From Eledone cirrhosa (Eukaryota), in assembly GCA_964016885.1 (NCBI GenBank), contig OZ024757.1, positions 39,556,001-39,620,000 of the forward strand: a DNA stretch of 64,000 bases, in the 5' to 3' direction. The position numbers and the translations under genes were made by a program. Shown in pieces: positions 57,726 to 64,000 of the stretch. Under the pieces are notes generated by a model that searched no databases, was not told where the DNA came from, and worked only from the letters and a program-made list of their open reading frames with translations. The stretch's first letter is position 1. Each line of letters starts with the position of its first letter.

Positions 57726-59496
57726 AAATATATTACGCTCAATTCTTTACTTTCCTCCCCTTTACTCTTTAGGACAATACAATACGACACACATCATGGC
57801 TAAATAGTTAAGACGTATATATTTATTTCATAGTTTATATACAGAATAAATCTGGTGTGGTAAATAAATATATACATATATACCACGTGCAAACACAAAT
57901 GGAACCAAACTCTCACTGCCTCTGTTTCTCCCGCTCTCCACATCTCTCACTATTGTGAGAAAATTGGGGTCCACGTACCGGTCACCCCGTGGTTCCGGCG
58001 GACAGATTAGAGGCGGCGTTTCCCCGGAGGATAGTGAAGGAGACGCGCTGGAAGAGCCATCGGAGCTCACGAAGCTCACATATGCCGGTGGTGAGTAGGT
58101 AGTTGGTCCTAGGGCCAAGGACACCAGAGGTTTTCACGTCTACGGGCAGTTTTTAAGAGGCTAACTCAGCAATCATACGTTTATGGGTTCGATTACACTG
58201 CGTGACATCCAGGCCAAGTGAGATTCCTCAAGGCCTTGGCATCACTCAGGAATTGCAAAGACAGAGACTGTTCGGAATCTCATCAGATGAATTGTACATA
58301 TAAATGAAGGGATCACCTTTATCACAGTGGACGAACGTAATCTTATGGTAACGGTTTGGGATTTACGTTCATAATTTCGGGGGTTCGATTCCATAGCTGG
58401 GTTATGTGGTGTATTCTTTAGCCAAAAAAAAAAATATATAACCTTATTCCGGTATAGAATATGGAGGCAAGTGATTTTGTGGTAAGAGGGTTGAATTTAC
58501 GTTCATAATGTCGTGGGTTCCAATCCTGGACTTGGTTGTGTGTTGCCTTTTTGAACAAAAGAACTCATTTAACATTGCCCTAGTATACTTAATGGAGACA
58601 GGTCTAGTGGTAAGGGTGTTAGATTTACATTTATCTTTCTCTCTCTCTCAACTATTACAATGATCGCGTCTCCAGCTGTCTGCCGGCGAAACAATTGTAA
58701 CACACAATATATTGAGTTCGGATGCATCACTGATTTTTCGATTTCTATTATATCATACTCGGCTCTGTAAGAGCATAGAGTGCTCAACCGGCATACCGCC
58801 TATGGAAGCATCTTAGCTACCGTCAGACACATATATATAATTTATATATATATACATATTTATATAAACATATGTATATATATACACACAATAATTTTCC
58901 TAAAAAAAAAAAAAATACTATATAAGTCAATGCTGAAGGCTGAAAAGAAGAAATATTTTAAATTTAGTTTTTAAAAAATTATAATATTAATATTGACACT
59001 ATTTTCATATTACAAATCATCAAAAATCATAATTTAAAATTTTGTATTTATAATGCCAGAATTCGAGCATACACTGAGCGTGTGTGTGGTGGGAGTGGAG
59101 AGTTAGATTATAGTATACAAGGAAAGAAATGATAGAATTGAAGCTAAGGGCAAAGGTGGTCCGTGTGTCACGAAATAAGACAGCAAATATATATTAAAAT
59201 AATTGAATCTTAGTATTAATCATTTCAAGAAATAAAAGAGAATGTAATACAGTAAAATAAGAATAAAATGGAGTTAAATAGGGGGGGGGGGGTAATTTAA
59301 ACACATATACACACATTCATACATAAAATTTCAAAGCAATAAATTGATGAAATATATTATTGTAACCGAGGCAGGGTTTTTGTGCTTTTATAGGAAACTT
59401 TAGGGGATATTTCAAATGTCTAAATCATATTGCTTGGTCAATATTTAGACGGCAATATATGCGCCTGTATTTAGTTTTAATACCCCTATTATTACA

Positions 59497-60060
59497 GGGC
59501 AGTGGACTGACAAGATTTGGTAGAGCGTCGCACAACATGCTTTATGGCATAGGGTTAGCTTTGCCTTTCATTCTGACAGGGTCGATAAAATAAAATACCA
59601 GTCATGCACTGGGTTCGATTTAATCGACTTTCCCCTCCCCAAAATTGTTGGCCTTGTGCCTATATTAGAAATCAATCGGTAGAGGTTGGGTCCCATGCGT
59701 CCCTTTACGGTCTGAGTTCAAATCCCGTCGAGGTTAACTTTGCTTTTCATTCTGACGGGGTCGATAAAATAAAGTACCAGTAATGTACTGTGTTTGAATT
59801 AATCGACTTTCCCCCTCCTCTAAAAGTGTTGGTCTTGTACCGTAATCAGAAACCAATATCATCATTGTAGGGCGTCGAACAATTGCTTTGAGATAGGGTT
59901 ACACCCTTTTACGATCTGACTTCAAATCCCGCCGAGGTTAGCTTCACCTTTGATAATTGCGGGGTCAATAAATGAAGTACCTGTAAGTAACTGGAGTGGA
60001 TTTTATCGACTTCCACCTGCTTTCAAAATTGTTGGCCTTGTGCCTAAATCAGAAACCACT
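59497..60060 (+). mobile_element. Three tandem SINE family 1 copies
   Basis: Repeated gtcgataaaataaa.taccagt...ttaatcgactt...ggccttgtgcct. Confidence 0.8.
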
Positions 60061-60909
60061 ATAAATGTCGTCAGACTGATTAGATTAAAAGTTAGTGGCT
60101 ATGTTTAGCAAGTCAAGTTGCGAAGTACAATATCTCCGAGTTAGTCAAAGTTAATATATTTTTTCTCATTCTAAAATGGCATGACAGGTCTCTAACGTTT
60201 AAAGTGATTACGAGAGAGTGATGCATCAACACTGACAGTGAATCACGGCTGGGCATGTTTTAAATCCATTTTAAGATCAAATACACCCAGAATCGACTTT
60301 AAATTTCATCGATAATTTCTGATTAGATAAATATTAGGCACGAACTTGGATGGAATCTAATCGTATGTATCTTTTTCTCTCTACTAGAAAATCATGATAT
60401 TCTGCATGTGTAAAAAGACATCTATATGTCTTTACTCCTTTCATTTTTACTGGGGTCGATAAAACACCTAAGTTCTGAAGGGGATATTATCAATGGCCCC
60501 CTTCTTCCAGAACTGCCAATGCTAAAAATAATTATTGAAATAGGGGGTGATCACAACAACACTCTTTGATTTCTAATACCTTCAATATGAAAACTTAAAT
60601 GAATAGTCTTACAATACTGGTGGCTACAGTTGCATAAACTAACAAAGTTTCATGTGGTATTAGTTGATATCATAGCCTCTCGATGTCTGCCCCCTTTATT
60701 GCTCGGCAAACGTAAACACGATAGTCAAGCTCGGTGTGTTTTTGTGGTCACACTGTATATAGTGGGTTGTCGACCGGCGGAATCGTTAGAGCGTCTGACA
60801 AATGATTCGTGGTAATTGTCACTAGTATCTGCCTACTCCTGAGTTCCAATCCTACCGAGGTCAACTTTTACTTTTATAATTTCGGCGTCTATGTATATAT
60901 CTCTCTCAC

Positions 60910-61025
<116 letters not shown>

Positions 61026-61077
61026 TTTTTTTTTTTTTTTTTTCAAATAAAAGTTTCATTCATATGAAATGACATTA

Positions 61078-61262
61078 TGTGGATTGGCAGTATCGGTAGA
61101 GAGTCGGACGACATGCTTTGCAGCACAGTTACGTCCCTTTACGGAGACTGAGTTCAAATCCCGCTGAGGTTAACTTTGCCTTTCATCCTTACGGGTCGAT
61201 AAAATAAAGTACCAGTAATGCACTAAGTAATTGCTTGCCTTGTGCCAAAAGTAGAAACAATT
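61078..61262 (+). mobile_element. tRNA-derived SINE family 1
   Basis: Same motifs as the other copies. Further remnants lie at ~42715-42810, 60770-60890, 62460-62600 and 63808-63905. Confidence 0.85.
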
Positions 61263-62108
61263 ATATGAATTAAACAGTTCTAGTCTTGTAGAAGCCATTT
61301 CTATAGTAAATATATATATATTCCTGTATGTGCATATAAAGGGGGGGGCTATGTGTTTGTCTACAGCTGTGTGTGTATTTGAATATATATATATATACAT
61401 ATATATATACATATATATATATATACATATATATGTATGTATGTATATGTGTGCGTGTGTGGTTATATGTGTATGTCTCTCTCTCTCTTTAGCTCTGTCC
61501 GTGTAGGTGACATTGCGTATCTCCCTCTAGCTCTGTGTTGTGTAGGTTTCTGTGTGTGGGTGTATAGAGAAACTGTATTACCAAACTAATAAAGAGGATT
61601 CAGTAATTTCTTAGCGGCTAAAATTAACATTGATTTATAGAAATGTCTTTTAAATGCTGTCATCTATTTCTCCCTTGTTGAGTTAAAGTATAAAGAAAGA
61701 GTCAGATAGTCTAGCTAGTGGTGCTCCAGGAGACGCAGTGATTTATCTCCAGGAAAGGAGAAATTGCAAGGAAGTATTCTCAATATTAACTCCTTAAAAA
61801 CAACTATTAAGGAATCATGAAACTTTAATCTAATTTTGCACCTTAAACTCATATATATATATATACTATAAAGTATGTCCATAGAATCATTTGATAATAT
61901 ATACACACCATTTCCTCTCCCAATTAGCATAATTAACCACACAAAAAAACAATTAGACCAGGCTATAAGATTAAAAGGCACCTATGAAGAAATAGTAGAT
62001 AAATAAACGACAGCAATCTCTTCGCGGCCAACCGCCATAGATTATTTACTCAATATATATATATGAAAAATGGCGTAGACATACAATACAACAGGAGGAA
62101 ACATAATA

Positions 62109-62154
62109 GTACCACTGATGATGTTGCATATGTGCAACGAAAGAACTTTGATAG
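62109..62154 (+). ncRNA. Type I minimal hammerhead ribozyme in a PLE A-family solo repeat (62065-62335)
   Basis: tacca-CTGATGA-t-gttgca-tatg-tgcaac-GAAAG-aa-CTT-tgata. Confidence 0.8.
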
Positions 62155-64000
62155 ACTATGTATATATATATACATAATCTGTATTTTTAACCGATGGTCA
62201 ATCAATGATAAACATTGATTGCCAAATAAATTAACTATGGAGATATAAAAGGTACAGAAGCGAAAACCAACGAAACAGTCAATGTGTTCTATTATTATTT
62301 CTGGCAATATTATAACAATATGACCCATTATAACAATATCACCGTATTTTTTACTAAAGGAATTTTAGCCTGATAGTGGAGTTTAGAACCCTCTAAAGAA
62401 TGAAAGAAGATGAGTATTGTTGTACATGGCAGTCAAACTCACATCTTTGGTTATCCTGACCACTGTGTTACCATTACACCAACACATCACCCATCTCTTT
62501 GCAATCAAATTAGAAGGGGGGGTTGATTGTACAGGCCATAGTACTTGACTAAAGGATTGGATGAAAGGCAAATTTAACATCGGTGTGATTTCAGTTCAGA
62601 ATATATATAAACAGAACAGAGGCAATCTGGTGTAGTCTTCGACTAATCCAGGGTCTGCTTCACTCCGGGCTGAGGAGGGTAAACTCTCCAAATATTGGTC
62701 GCTCTTCTGCAGGCTTGCAGTCGAGCCTGTAATAGTAAATCTCTGGTGTCCTTGGCCCTAGTCCCTACTCCCTACCTACTCACCACCATCGGTACGGAAT
62801 AGTGCTCTACCTCACTCAAATTCTCTAAAGACAAACAACCCACCGCCCTTTTCATTTAATTTATTAATAATATTTATATGTAAAGCGTATACAACCCATA
62901 AATCTATCGGATACACACAGAAGACAGTTATAAACCTTATCGATTAAATAATAAAATTGAACTGAATATTCATTTGACCAGAATCAAATTATCACGGATA
63001 TTTTAACCTTAGAGGGACTTTGACTGCTTTGTCATAACTAATAGGGAAACGAATGAGATTTGAACACATAAATATTATGTTTAAAATTTAGATAAAGAAA
63101 AAAAAATTAGTTTATAATAACTTCCACAGAGTCCTACATATCATTTAATAATACTATTTACAAGTAAAATATATAAAACGCATAAATCTTTCGTATACAC
63201 TCAAAAGAGAGTTATAAACTTTGTCGATTAAATAATAAAATAAAATGAAATCAAGAGAAAAGAGTTTTGAAACTTCTAAAAGGAACCAGTAATGAAATAA
63301 GAGCTTCCATTGTCTGAATTAACAGCCAACAATAGAATAAGTGTCATTATTATTATTTATAGTCCTATATAAAATCTATTTCTAAGTTTAAATGAGATTT
63401 TGATTTTCATTAAGTACGAAAAGAATAATTTTATAAATCATTCAGAGAATCATTGTTGTCAACAATGCAGGAAAAGTAAACGGTGATATATTTTTCACCT
63501 TTTGTCCACTCTAAGAGTAAATTCAGGAAAAAAAAAAGATTAGATTTCAATCAAATTTGAACACCATAATCAATGTGTGTTAATAATGATTTCAAACTTT
63601 GGCAGAGAACCAGAAATTGTATAAAGGAGGCAAGCGTGTCGATACAAAAGCTCCCACATACTTGACTGGTACTTATTTTATCGACCCAAATGTTACACTA
63701 CAAAAGGGGTTGTCTTCAAACAGAATATAGAGAAAGGTAGTATACATTTTTAACCCGGTGCTTTGAACGTTCAGTTTCTCGTCACCCAACTTTGTGTGTA
63801 TAATAATAATTGTTTCTACTTTAGGCACAAGGCCAGTAATTTGAAGGGGTGGGGAAGTCGATTAAATCGACTCTAATGTTTGCTGGAAATTTATTTTATC
63901 GACCGCTTTGTGTGTATAAGCTCTATTCAAATATACAAATCAATATTAATGATAGAAGCTACACTACGTAAAATAGGTACAATGCCCAGTAGATCTATAT

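Overview
Eukaryotic, apparently gene-free (intergenic or intronic) AT-rich DNA saturated with (TA)n and other microsatellites. The repeat content suggests an octopus-like mollusc, which is an inference. Almost all ORF-track hits are microsatellite artefacts. The real coding content is retroelement-derived: a 5'-truncated but open Penelope-like element (PLE) RT + GIY-YIG ORF (3488-~5270, -), a second PLE of a different type (54377-55485, -), and RTE-type LINE 3' fragments. Many tRNA-derived SINEs and two putative DNA-transposon/foldback elements are also present. The most striking feature is that the short unique islands between the (TA)n tracts are mostly PLE-type terminal repeats. By eye they contain about 16 type I hammerhead ribozyme (HHR) motifs from about 8 sequence families, several supported by compensatory base changes between copies. 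These include a variant core (UUGANAA, a C3-G8 to U3-A8 swap) with a full stem III, a tandem 546-nt HHR-to-HHR retrozyme-like unit, and many fold-back palindromes whose axis lies inside the ribozyme. All structures were folded by hand; none is tested. Repeat boundaries are approximate.
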